Assembly: GCF_018977255.1 (NCBI RefSeq)
Contig: NW_024704742.1
Coordinates: 52,950,001 to 53,014,000, forward strand
Reading direction: 5' to 3'
Length of the DNA stretch: 64,000 nucleotides
Origin: Callorhinchus milii
Lineage: Eukaryota
Shown here: positions 1 to 13,005 of the stretch, in pieces
Layout: each line of letters begins with the position of its first letter
How positions within the stretch are numbered: position 1 is the first letter of the stretch
Program-made: the position numbers and the translations under genes
Notes under the pieces: model-generated
The model's input: the letters and a program-made list of their open reading frames with translations, nothing else
What the model was told of the DNA's origin: nothing
The model's database searches: none

Positions 1-825
1 ACAAAGACAGGTTTGAGCACCGCTAGGTGGATAGCAGGTATCAAGAACTCTGTGTGAACAGCATTGGTTCCAATAGTTAGAGACGTGAGCAGTGGCTGAT
101 TACCTCTCTGCATATCAAGTTGGATATCGAACCCTGGATATATGAATGTGTGCTCACAAGCCTGGACTCCAGTTAATGCCTTCCAGCAACTGCTGTTCTG
201 AGCTTCAAAGTTTCCTCATCTGCTATTTGGACCTCTGCTTCAGTGTGGTGGGTGGACCTATACAGACAGCTTGTGCCCTAACAGCCACCTTGATGTTCTG
301 GAGGTCCAAGGCCAATGCCACGTTCCAGGCTAACTTAATACCAGTTGCTTAATTCAGGTTTTCATGTGAGGGGTCTTAGCAAATAGGCGTGCCTGCATCT
401 TCAGAGTGCTCGGCAACAGGTCAGTGTAGGCTGGAGCCCTTTCCTCCCTCAGTCACTTCCCTTTTTACCACATATCCACCTTACTGCTTGTTCTGGACTC
501 CACAAATGGGCCAAAGGAAACTCCTCGCTGCCTGCCCAAGACCTCAGAAACATGAAGAACTGGAAACATTGAGTTAAATGTTTTGATTGATTGAATCATG
601 TCACCTGTTGTGCTCTTGAATGTTGGATGCTTCTCTTTATTGGATTATTGATCCCTGTGTCGAGCTCTCAGAAGATTACCTTTCTTTTAGCTGATTACTG
701 ATGCACTTTACTTATGTCTTGACAGTCTCAAATGTGTTTTGTACTAAGAGCAGTCACCAAGAATGGCAAATTTTAAGCCAATGGTTTTGCAGTCTATAAA
801 TACATTTGGTATGTGATGTGATAAT

Positions 826-1134
826 TAATCCTTGCATTTGATATAGCGCTTTTCACGTCGGGAGGACGTCCCAAAGCGCTTCACAGAACATAGAACAAGT
901 GAATTGACTGTATATTTGTGGGCGAACGTGGCAGCCAATTGCGCACAGCAATGTCCCACAAACAGTCGTAGATTGAAAATGACCAATTTAATTATTGTTT
1001 TTGGTTATTGGAGGGATTATTATTAGGCTCTGTGTGGAGTAAGGAAACTTGCCCAAGGTTTCGCCCTGCCTGGAATTGAACTCAGGTCTCTCACTTGCAA
1101 AGCGAGTGCTCTAACCACTGAGCTACAGGACTCC
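826..1134 (-). mobile_element. Full-length tRNA-headed SINE, short subfamily, L2-type tail
   Basis: Head GGAGTCCTGTAGCTCAGTGGTTAGAGCA with A box and B box GTTCAATTCC; tail GCGCTATATCAAATGCAAGGATTA; closely similar to copies at 4946 and 62670. Confidence 0.93.
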
Positions 1135-1964
1135 ACTGCACTTAAAACATACTGAGAAAGATCAAGATTCCATGAAATAGCAGTAAAACACCATTCTTCA
1201 CCGAAAACACTAAAAGTGGCAATAATAGTAATGGCGGGCACAAAATTAGCAGCTTCAGGACCAGTCATTATGTCAAAGTCGATTGGGGGGGGTCATCCCC
1301 AAAACAAATTAAGATATATTGCGCAACACCTAAGAAAATCTTACAATGATTATCAACCGAAATTTTAATGTTTCGGAACATTGTTTTTTTGACTCCATCC
1401 ATTGATTTGGTAGGTATGCAAAATACTGTGGTGCAGAAATAAATTTTCTGTCACAAAATAAATATTCGGATCTATAATATATCTATTTTGCATTGCGGTG
1501 TTGTAATTAATTAGTCAAATACATCAGTACTTCTCAATACCGCTGCCTCCTCCAGATAAAATTGATCATTGACATCTCGGCTGTTTGTAGGACATTGCTG
1601 TGCACAAATTGACTGCTGTGTCTAACTACAAAATACGCATGCACTCCACTTTACATTAAATCCTCTGTAGCACTTTGAGACATCTTCCTGACTTGAAAGG
1701 CCCTATAACAAATGCAAGGATTATTGTTTTAATATGACAACTGAGATGTCCAAATATTTGCATGAAAAATGGCTGGGAGACAAGTGGAAGCTGTTGTAAA
1801 AATAAAGAAAATTCAGAAGAGAATAAAAGGCATAAAGCAGCTACCCTATATAACTGTCAAACAGGGAGGCAAATATGGCTGGTCTCAAAGGCTTATTTAT
1901 TGCCTAGTTACCTGAAAAGTGACATACTCAGGAAAGCAATTCAAAAATATGATTTAGACTACTG

Positions 1965-2228
1965 CAACAACACAACAACAAAATTACATTTGTGAAACGG
2001 TTTTCATATCGGGAGGACGTCCCAAGGTGCTGGACAGTCAGAGTTTCAGACTCGAACTGGGAGTCGGGATCGGGGAGGGTGGAGGGCAGAGGGGGAAGCA
2101 GGGTTATTGAAATCACGGTCGAAGAGGAGGGTCTTGAGTTGGGTCTTGAAGAAGTCAAGGGAGGGGGCAAGGCGGAGGGTCTGCAGGATGGAGTTCCAGA
2201 AGGTGGGGGCAGAGAGGCAGTGGTTACA
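1965..2228 (-). mobile_element. L2 3' end; similar short pieces near 6550, 24130, 28560, 39090, 39890, 53680, 56780 and 62385
   Basis: SAPTFWNSI...FKTQLKTLLFDRDF plus CTTGGGACGTCCTCCCGA and a (TTG)n tail. Confidence 0.8.
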
Positions 2229-3060
2229 GGTTATTTTCCCACTTTTTTGCAGTAATAAAAAGTTCCCAAAATTAAGTAGTTTGTTAAAGGCTTTAGAATT
2301 GTTCACTCATTTTTACTGCCTAGCACTGCACATTGGCATTATCTTGATGGAAGTTTAATTTCACAGCAGCTCAGAAGAATCCCTGCTCAGCAGGCACAAC
2401 ATTGTGCTGAAAATAAACTGTTATAAAAACTCTTGCCATTCATATGTTTCATATCATCTATATTTAGTTTTTACACCAGTTTCTAGGATTCAGGCACATG
2501 GATTGGATATCCGGATCCTTGTCTTCTGTTCCTTACATAGAGACATAGGAGTGGATTGTACACAAGAACAGTGAGTCCAAAGTATGAACAAAGTTTTAAG
2601 TATTTCTTAAAGCAAATCAATAATCCTACACGACTCCATCTCTCATATTTTTCAATTGAATTACTGGAATTTAAGTCAGTAGCAAATTCCTTCCCTTCTG
2701 ACATAATCTGCCTTCACTCCTTCCTGGGCAGCCCATTCAATCTGAACTGTCTGTTTGCCATCCCTCCTTTGAGCTTCAGTTTGTGCCCTCTCCTTATTCT
2801 TTCATAGTGATGTGAGGAGCATTACAGCAGATTAGCACAGAGTAGTTGTCTCTGTGATACTGTGGATTTGATATTCAGGAACCTTTGGCTTTCTAGATAA
2901 TCACTGAAGGAGATTTGGAGGAAAGCAAAGGAAACAACACAGAATGCTTTAGTTGTAGATTCACTTGGGGGATGTGAAGGGAGATTATATTTACATAGAG
3001 TTGATGGAAGTTTATTTAAATTTTGTGTCTGCAGTGAAATATGTTTTCACCAAATCATAA

Positions 3061-3913
3061 ACCAGTTCATGATTAGTAACCTAAATCTTTCCATTGTACG
3101 AAGATTGCACCTTGGTTCAGGTTTGCTGGACTAGCAGATTTATTGTATTATTTCTTTCTTAAAGGCTGCCTCGTGTGAGTTGATGCTTCAAATTCCTGTC
3201 ACAGTCCTCAAGCATTCAGATCCAGATGTTTTTACCAGCACTTTCATAGTACTGTTTATGTTTGCTTTCTACAGTGAAGCATATTTTCTAAAAGTACCGT
3301 TTCTCCTGGTATCCTGGCTAACAACCTTTCAGATCAACTTGGTCATTCACTTCATGGCTGTTTTTGGACATTACTGTGTGCAAATTGACTGTTATATTTG
3401 CCTTCAAAATACAGTCACTAAACTTTACTGTAAATCCTGTGGAGCATTTTGAGATTTACTGGCAATGTGACAAGCACTGTACTAAATGCAAGAATTATCA
3501 TTATTAACTGGACCAGGAGAAGGGAATCCAGAGCCCCCCAAAATCCTCTTCCTCATTATCATTTCCTCCACATTAATGACAACATGGGTGAATCAATACA
3601 CTTTCTTGACATTCTTTGGAGTCATTCTCTACACTTTCCTATTTGTGCTGCAGTCTCTTTACCCCATTTAATTTTATTTGCACTAAAAGCTGTTCATTAT
3701 AAAGTCATTTAGTGCTTCAAGAAGCCAGTTCATGATTAACCTACACCTTTCCAGTGCAAGAAGATTGCACCTTGCTTCAAGTTTGCTGGCCTAGCAGATT
3801 TATTGCCTTATTTATTTCTTAAAGGCTGCCTCATGTGAGTTGATGTTGCAAATTCCTGCCATAGTCCTCATGCATTCAGTTCCAGTTATTTTTGCCAGCA
3901 TTTTCACAGTATT
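3061..3913 (+). repeat. Direct duplication of about 190 bp (3061-3252 and 3723-3913)
   Basis: CCAGTTCATGATTA...GAAGATTGCACCTTG...CTAGCAGATTTATTG...TTCTTAAAGGCTGCCTC.TGTGAGTTGATG occurs in both. Confidence 0.9.
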
Positions 3914-4945
3914 CACATTATTTAACTTTCAGATTACTTTTCTCTCCAGCCCTTGGCAAAATATAATATTTTATGATTTAATAGTGCATTCCCAAAATGC
4001 CAATTGAATCATACTCTGCAAGTTTGCTTAACTCATGCCTAAATTACAACATAAATCTGAAGCATAATCAGAGTACTTAATTAACAAGGTGCCAAACTAA
4101 ACAGTGCAGCGAGCAAGAATGCATATTTGAGCATGAAATATTAACACTACGTTTCTAATAGCTTTAAACAAGGTGAACAAAAAGCTCAGGTTTAATTATT
4201 CTACACAGAGTGTGGTGAATGAGTGAAATGGATTTCCTAGGGAGACAGCAGTATCAGCAAATCCAGGAGGAAATTAGCTATCCATTTGAGAAAGAAATTG
4301 ACTGAGGGGTTATGAGAGATAGATTAGTGCATTTTTTAAAAAAAACAAATATTTTGGAATCAGCTAGATAAATGAACTACAATGGTCTTTTCCATTCCTA
4401 TATACAGTATTTCCTATGTTCCAGTATTGCATTGATATGATAAAAGATCAATTATTCTTTATTAGGTTTTACTGAATATTTGTTTCAGCTATAAATGTGA
4501 TTGCTTATTAACACTTAATGAATATAAAGTATGTAAAATACATGTTGATTAACATCTATTATAAGCCAGAGAGTCTCTCCTCTTACATAAAATCCGAAAT
4601 ATTGTGCAACAGATTGAGATCAATAGAATTGCAGTTATTTGACAGTGTTCTTGTAATACACTTTAAAAACCTCATTCAGGTTTATGTGTTTGCCAATTAA
4701 AAATGTTTCTAATGTTCTGGAGGGTGGTCAGTGGCAAGGGAGAGCCTGGGAGAATGAATCAGGGTGGACCATTGGACTAATAAACCACAAAGCTTTATGG
4801 TAGCGTCTGTATCATTTATTTACTGCCTGTATTGAAAATGCATTAAGCATAAAGTTCAACCAGTGCCAGACTCATCCTTTGTGTAGCAATGTTGCTGCTC
4901 ATTGCAAATATAGAACATTATCACTAACAGCTGTGAAAATCTTAC

Positions 4946-5263
4946 ATAATAATAATAATAATCCTTGCATTTGATATAGCGCTTTTCACGTCAGGAGGAT
5001 GTCCCAAAGCGCTTCACATAACGCACTGTAAAGTGAATTGACTGTATACTTGTGGGCGAACGCGGCAGCCAATTGCGCACAGCAATGTCCCACAAACAGT
5101 CGTAGATTGAAAATGACCAATTTATTATTGTTTTGTTTTGGAGGGATTATTATTAGGCGTGTGGAGTAAGGAAACTCTCCCAAGGTTTCGCCCTCTGCCT
5201 GGAATTGAACTCAGGTCTCTCACTTGCAAAGCGAGTGCTCTAACGACTGAGCTACAGGACTCC
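4946..5263 (-). mobile_element. Full-length tRNA-headed SINE, short subfamily
   Basis: Same head, body and (TTA)n tail as 826-1134. Confidence 0.93.
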
Positions 5264-7292
5264 ATTATACATTAATATAAGTTTAGATTTTCAATGTGCA
5301 ATTTAACCCAATAGTAATAGATGTGTACACAGTGGCAAATCAAAAGGAAATTAATAGCCAAATGACCAATAATAACATTTGCTGGGGATTTGCTATTGTT
5401 GTGACTCTGAACACTATTGTAAGCCATGTTTGTAATTGTCTTTAATACCAGCAGCTTCCACCGTGTTACACTAATATTTGGTCAGAATTCTTTCTTTTTG
5501 TATAAAATGATTTTCTGAGACACACACTATTAGGATTCATTATCCTTCACTTTGATATAACTGCTGATGCCCTATAGGTAGTGGAAGCAGCATATTTTAA
5601 AATTCCCAACTATGAATTTATTAGATTGTGTACAAGATTTAAATGAGTATCTACCATTAGCTCATTTAAATCTTAGATCATATTGTTTCAAATAAGAAAA
5701 TATAACTGACGATTTTGTGCATTTTTTTTAAAGAAGTTAACTAAAGAGGCCAATCATCCCTTTCCCACTCGATCTTACATGCATTCGGGTAAAACTTGTG
5801 CTAGTTTTGAAGTGTCCTTGTGTTATTTAAGAAACATTTGATGACCAGCAACAGGTGAATCTCCCTTCACCACATCACCAGGTTGTTCCTCTCCAGATCC
5901 TGGTGGCGCTATTTGTTTTTACCTTGAGATGTGGGATTTTTGTTTTGTAAATCTAGGCCTTGCGTTGAGCTCTTAAGTTTTTTGTTGTGACTAGTTATCT
6001 TCCAGTGCTGTTGTTTTCAAGTATTGGGGCAAATTTCACGCTCTCCTCAGCCACAAAAGTAACTTTTAATTGATCAAAAATCCCTGACCTCAGGGTAAAA
6101 AACAGCAGGTGCGAGGATATGGAGTGAAACAATGATGTGCTGCCACTTACTGGTTCACACAGGTATTACTTTATGTAACTAACTATTACCACAATTTTTA
6201 CCTCCAGCTGACAGTTTCTTGATGAATGTCTCTAATATTATTTGCCTGAAATACCCCATTACAACAAATTATTACTCCGAGTGGAAAGGTTCTTCCGAAC
6301 ATCGGCTTTAAAACTGAATTCACGACCGCTCGTCTCACTTTGCTTATTTAATTTGAAGTCATAATCCAGCTTTATTTTATCGTTTAATGTTTTAGACATC
6401 TTGATTCCTTCCCCACCGATTTTTTTTCTGAACTTTGCAGACTAAGGTCTGGAACTTCACCTTGTCTTCCCAGTAACATTGATTCTTAAATTCAATCTTA
6501 AATTGGACGCCGGTTCTTATTTAAAAACTTTGGGTGGCCATCAACCAAATTAACAACAACACAATTACATTTGTATAGCGCCTTTCGCGTTAGGAGGACG
6601 TCCCAAGGTACTGGACAATCAGTGTAAGAATGGAATTGAGAAATTTCCACAATTCTGCATGATCTCTGTTACAACAGTAACAATTTCAGGCTTCCAGTAT
6701 CTCCTCAGAACCAGTAAATCCTCAATCACGGTCAAATCAATAAATAATTGAGGATTTGCTGGCAGCTGCAGGAATTACTGCAGCTCTGGTGAAACAATCA
6801 GGTGGAAACAGCACAACTCTGGCTGGTGTTTACTGAGGTAAGATCGCGGTGTTGCATGGCACCATGGAAACTGCAGGAGGAAGTGATCTGAGTGGTGTGT
6901 GGTGCTCTTTGTCCGTCTCACTCCCACCTCTTGTTTCTGTGTTGGCATGGAAGCAGTGGGAGGCGGCGCTCTGGCTGCATGGGGTGTTTCTGTACCTCAG
7001 AGGGATGTCTAAGGAATGGGACAATTTGTCTAAATGGCCTAATGGTTGCAGACTGTATGATAGCACCTTACCATCTGCCATGTGTAAAAGTTCCTTTTTG
7101 AAACTTAAAAGAAAGTTCAGTCAGTGCTCTCCTGAACAAGCCTTCAGTGTGATCCAGTGATTGATTGCTCTTTGACCTTATCTTGCCTGTGGAGTTCTGA
7201 TCTCACCACTTTATTGTGCACGTTTAGCAATGCACTCTCAGCACGTGATATGCATCCACATATAAAGCGAATGTCACTCTTGTAATCTCCAG

Positions 7293-7461
7293 ACAAGAAA
7301 AAACAGGGCAAATTCCAACCATTTCGGAAACTGTTTGGTAAAAAGAAACGGAAGGAGTCCTCTCACACACCCGTGCAAGTGAACCTGAAATCAAGTCAAT
7401 CCACTGGGGATATTCGGAACGCCATCGAATCAGGGGATGACCAATCTGAAGATGAATTAAG
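7293..7461 (+). CDS. CRACD: CRACD upstream coding exon of a long isoform (KKKQGKFQPFRKLFGKKKRKE...EDELR); start codon not found in window
   Basis: ctccAG acceptor at 7291-92 and GTaaaa donor at 7462; open frame. The phase-2 end (AG) joins the G at 15520 to give AGG, in frame with the ATG at 15536. The basic motif resembles long N-termini of the KIAA1210/CRACD/CRACDL family (from memory). Confidence 0.8.
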
Positions 7462-9912
7462 GTAAAATCTCCTTGGAGTCCATAGTCTTCTTTATATTTA
7501 TTGTGCATTCAATATATATATTATATAAGGCCTTGCAATATGATAACATCAAGTTATAATAAGCATTGGCTTACAGTGATCAGTGGTAAATCTGATAATT
7601 GGACAAGTCTGAAAAAGAACTGATGAGAGGGAGAAAATCTAAAGGAGATTATATGAATTCAAGTATTTAGAATAATATACAGATAACTAGGGATGGAACT
7701 TTAGCACCTATTTAGATATCACATCTGTGGAACAAAATAATGAATATTGTGAAATAAAAACAGAAAATGCTGGAAATCCACAGCAGATCAAACCAAAACC
7801 TGAATTTTGTGTGAAAATGTTAATCGCTTATTTGTTTCACACTATTTGGTGGTCAATAATGTTACTGCTAATGTGGTAACAGGTCCCTTAATGGGGTAAA
7901 ATGTGCAGCTTTCCATATGCCATTCCTTGTGTTATTTAAGCTCAATCTAAAGAATGAAACGGTTTGAAATTTGCGATAACTTTATTCTAAGTTAATTCAC
8001 TCGCCTGTGTAATGGGCACAGTCCCCAAGATCTCTGCTTCTAAATAGTCCTCTCTTCCCTCTAAACTTCCAGCAGCCGGATTTCTCCCAGATCTCAGTTA
8101 AAAAAACATGTAAAACCTGTTTATATAGTCAGTTTCCTGAAGTGCACAAAATTTATTGTTGAGATATCTCTCAGATTCTAAGGTACGTTTGAAGGGGAGT
8201 ATTCACTGCAATGTTTCATTTGTTTTTCACAATTTTTAAACTACTTCTGAGTTTTTGGTTTACTCTCAACCATCTTCGGTGCCAGGGTGTCAGGTTGAGG
8301 ATAAGTCCTAACCCCTCTGAGAGATGGCTTCTTCCAAGTAAGAACATCCTTTTCCTTTTGTTAGTCAGTCATTCTCCTCTTCCTCTGACGCTATGACGGT
8401 ACCTTCTGAACATTCAGCCATGGTCTGTGAATAAATCCTATGTTTCCATACAAATGTATGATTATTAAGAAGTGACTTCATCATTTTAGGATTCTTTAAA
8501 GGTGTAAAAAAAACTTATATTAAAAAAAATTAAATGAAACCAAGTTAAAAGTTGCCAACGAACATTATGGAGGAGGAATCTTTGAGTTCCTCTTGGAAAG
8601 AAAATGTAGGTCAAGTTTCAGAGAAATAAAATCTGTCTCTCAATCCCTATCCTTTCATCTGCCAGAACAATGGAATAGCTTTGGACATAACCATCTTACC
8701 TAATTCAAGTGAGAGACAGATAGGTAGCAAAAAATGGAGGTTGTGATGAGTTAAGACATACAGTATCTTGAGTGCCTCAGTTAGTGTGCCTCAGTTTTGT
8801 AGCTCCTCAACTACTCATTTGAGTGCTTGAAAACGTAAAGGAAAGCAAGATAAATCTAGGCACAAAACATAAACTCCTGCAATAGGAAGTCTTTCAACTG
8901 GGATACTGTGGGGAATTAAACCAGCTAAGTCTCCAAGACTCCTGAAGACTGAAGGAACTATATAAGCAGTTACAGTGGGAGTTCAGCACCAAAAGACTCA
9001 CCTTGCAAAAGTCAGACGTGTCCTTGGAAAGGAATGAATGTGGCAGAATGGAGGGCAGCCCGGTTGTTACAGGTGGCATCACATGGACCACATCCATCAT
9101 CTAATTTCACTGACGTTGGTACGTTTCACATTATTTTATCAATAATCTTTATCTGATATTTTGAACATCACAAGCATATTGTATAATATGTTTTGTAAAA
9201 TGAAATTATTGACCAAAATGAATTAAGCAAAGAGCTTTCCTCTTTATATCTCCTCAGATGCTTGTCCCAGATGTGAGCATGAAGCTCAAGCTATTGTAAA
9301 CACAGCAGATTGTATTTCAGGAAGACGAAGTCTCTGCTCAAAAAATGTGAAACAAAATCCACGTGTGGTGTGGTTTCATACAGGGTGATTTCTAATGGGA
9401 TTCCTTCATAAGTAATACAACTTAGACCTGTATTCCATAGATCTGTGTATTGGGGCTTTAAACAAGCAGGGAGTTGGGCAGGCACAGCTTACAAGGATGG
9501 AGGCTGCAGACTACAGGTGTTTTCATAAAACTTGTAGCTGCCATTAAGATTTTAGATCTCAAGTTGTGACCTTTTCAAAGCTGCTTTCCTGGACAACAAC
9601 AATAATAATAATCCTTACATTTGATATAGCGCCTTATCTCATTTCAAGATGTCTCAAAGCGCTTCACAGAATATATTGTAAAGTGAATTGACTGTATATT
9701 TTGTGGGCGAAACTTTTTAACTAAATTAACTTAACTACCTTTTAACTAATTGTTTTCTCACATCACAATATTTGGTTAAAGAAAATCTACAAATATACCA
9801 AGCATTTTCATAAGGAGCAGGCAAGGTTAAGGGATTGGGGTGAGGGGTCCTAAATAAGATCACATTTGGGGGCCCTTTGAACTATGTACTCAAAATATGC
9901 AACAGTACCTTT

Positions 9913-10310
9913 TTAAATTACTTTCTTGCGTGACTTCCTAGTTGAAAACATGTCAACTATATGATGAAAACTCAGTGTACTTGTCAAAACATGCTCAATA
10001 GACAAGATCGCAAGTGCATTAAATCTCTCCTGGATCATTGTAGATCCGAGTGGGTTTTTGATGAGACTCATCGTTGAGAATGAGCGTTCACCTTCACTGT
10101 GAGTGTTAAGAACACATGAAGAGCAACTGCAACATTTGGAAAGGTTGTTTCCACCAATTGATTCTGTTTCATATACTTTAGCATTTCTCGCAGAGTTTTC
10201 TCATCCTTAATATGTGACATGAAATCCAGAAAGTGCACAAATTCATCAACACTGTCTGCATCAAAATCTTTTTTCAGTGCCGCTAAGATAAGCTCTATTA
10301 CTTCTAACAT
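9913..10310 (-). mobile_element. Dead hAT transposase C-terminal dimerisation fragment (ZMYM1/Tip100-like)
   Basis: FPNVAVALHVFLTL, a frameshift, then EGERSFSTMSLIKNPLGSTMIQERFNALAILSIEH...RKSRKKVI*. Confidence 0.85.
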
Positions 10311-12089
10311 TGCTCCCGCTCCTCATGGAGGTATAAATCATATCTCCCACTTCACCCCTCTTCCCATCACTGCCTTGTGCCTCGAACACCCTGGTGAGTG
10401 GCCACGTGGCGAGTATTGCTATGAGGCAGAGCTGTTAACTGACTTATTGGTTAATCCAGCCCTGATAGGGAGGATTCCTCCTTAATTTGCTTTATCCCTT
10501 CTGTCTCTCTAGTTACTTTCCTATTCTCTTCTCCCAGGTTGTTTGACACTTTATTTTGACTCATTTGTCTTTCCTTCAGTGGGCTAGTTCTACAGTACAA
10601 TGACAACAACAGCATGCAAGAACTGATGCCAGTGATAACTTAAAGTCTCTGAAGGCAGCAATTTTGAATTCCTGGTTGCTAAAATATCATTGACTTCCAA
10701 GTCATCAGGTTGCTGACAACATCACCTCCTGTGCCTGTCCACAGCATGCTTGCCATTATGGCACTGGCTTGTATTTTCCGTGCATTATGATGAGGCTCTA
10801 CTGTATTTTAAAAACATATGCTCTGCTGGAAATGCTAAAAAGTGTCTCCCCGATTTAAAGAGAAGGCACCACAAAGACTGGAAGGACATCTATCAAACTG
10901 AACAAAGTGCAGTTTATTTCACAGTGCAAAGTAAGGACGGCTGGTGCAGAGTGCGTTCTGCAGTGCTCACCACTCATGGAATGTTGCCAAAGGTCCAATA
11001 CACACTTATGTACTGCAGTAATTTGGGTATATTCCAAAATGTTAAACGTGGCATGAAATCAAGGCCTCCGACTGGTACAGGGCATGCTGTCCTCAGCAAC
11101 TCTTCCACATGTAGTCATAAAAAGATACCAAGTGGAGATAAGATTACAGTTATATTTTCATTTGCGCTTTACATTTCAGTATTCCGAGAAGCTAAAGCCT
11201 GTGAAGGACGTTATAAGTTGTAAGTAAGTTGTCCTTAGGTATTGAATATGTGTCAGCCGGATGTACGGAAACAGATCTCATCTTCTTCCCCCCACTCAGC
11301 TCTCAATGTTGACGTCAGTGAAGAGGATTGATCATTTGATTATATGCTTGCCAAACACGCCACATGACTGCTAGTTAGCAGGACTGTGACTATTACTAAG
11401 TAAAAGCTAAGTAAAACTAGCTGACAGTTCAATGCTGTGATTGGCGAGCTGAAAGGGTTGCATGCGACCTGCATGACCTAGCTTCAGTGGTACTGGTGTT
11501 GATTTTCATATTTGATAATAATAATAATAAATATGATACTGAAGAAATTTCTAAAATTAGAGTACAGGTCAGACCCCATTACCTTCGAAATGTAAAGGTT
11601 CACAGAATTAACCAGAACATTTTTATAGATAACAAATACACGAATTTGGGCAGAAACCCTCCCGACACTAAGAACCATTTTGCAGGTAAAGAAAGTCAAA
11701 CAATGTAGATTACGAGTATCACACTAAAGCAGAGAAAATGTTAAAGGAAGCATTAAGTGAGGCCATAAGGAAGAAGGAAGGTGGGTGTCACTTTCATTTT
11801 GTGCCGTTGGGTGATATTAAAGGAAGCTCGTGCTGGTGCATTTAGTTTTGTTTGGAGCAATTTAAAATGAATGCAGTAAAGGATTGTAGGGATATTCAAT
11901 GTTTCAGTGTCTCATCAATACAAATCAGAGAGACTGTGAAGGCACCAAATGTTAATGCGTCCCAAGACGTTTACTGTCATGCTTGAGTTGCTGTAATTGT
12001 GGCCTACATACCTTAATCTACTCTTGCGCTAAGATATCTTGGCAGGTTTCAGTGTAATACGACAAAATCTAGTGCAGGTTTAAATGTTA

Positions 12090-12412
12090 AGCGAGAGGAC
12101 CAAGGTTTGATTCCGGCAGGGCGAAACGTTGGGCAAGTTTCCTTACTCCACACACCTCTGTTTACCTAGCAGTAAGTAGGAACGCGGTTGTTATTCGATT
12201 GACGGATCACTTTTCCGGGCGTTAATAATAAAACCTTCAAAAAAATAATAATAATAATTTGGTCACTCAATCCACGACTGTGGGACACTGCTGTGCGCAA
12301 TTGGCGTTTCGTCTACAAAATATGCAGTCGATTCACTTACAGTATATTTTTGTGAAGTGCTTTGAGACGTCTAGAAAGGGGCTATATCAAATGCAAGGAT
12401 TATTATTATTAT
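12090..12412 (+). mobile_element. 5'-truncated tRNA-headed SINE, long subfamily
   Basis: B box, then GGGCAAGTTTCCTTACTCCACAC-CCTCTGTTTACCTAGCAGTAAGTAGG, then the common tail. Confidence 0.88.
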
Positions 12413-12624
12413 TAAAGCACCAGTTTAGATTAGGCCTAGCAGGTCAAAGCTTCCAGTTTTGGCTCACTTCAGCTTCCTAGCTTTCTCCTCAAATGCCATT
12501 TGTTATCCAATGATCCAGCACTAGATATAGTCTGTATATGCACACAATAATTTATAAGTTTTACTTATATGTCATTGGGTGACAAACAGAAAATGTTACA
12601 CGGCAAATTTAAGATTGTGTCAGC

Positions 12625-13005
12625 CCATCTCATTTGGTAACATTCTCACCTCTGAGCCAGACACTTGTGTGTCAAGCTGTGTGTCAGGGCATTGTCCAGG
12701 ATGACTTTCTAATGAGTGCTGTGGGTGTCCTGCAGTGTCAGAGGTGCCGTCCTATTACGAGACGTTAAACTGAGGTGCATTCTGTCCTTTCAGGTGAACA
12801 TTATGGCATTTATCAAAAAGGGAACTCCCGGATAAAATTGATCATTCGTTTTATGATTGTTTATGGGACATTGCAGTGTGAAAATCAGGTGCTGTGTTCA
12901 CCATCAAAATATAAAGCCACTACACATTACAGTAAATCCTTTGAAGCACTATAGATGGCCTTCTGACATGAAAAAGGTGCTACGTCAAATTCAAGGATTA
13001 TTACT
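12625..13005 (+). mobile_element. Old Deu-domain SINE (SacSINE1/AmnSINE1-like)
   Basis: GTCAGAGGTGCCGTCCT...GAGACGTTAAACTGAGG...TCAGGTGAAC resembles the recalled Deu domain; common tail. Confidence 0.7.

Noticed and set aside
6780..6843. GAG|GTAAGA donor as the missing first coding exon of CRACD
   Set aside because: In the required phase 1 the preceding codon is TGA; a non-coding exon is not excluded
10750..11223. 157-aa ORF in a CRACD intron
   Set aside because: Non-ATG start and no recognisable domain
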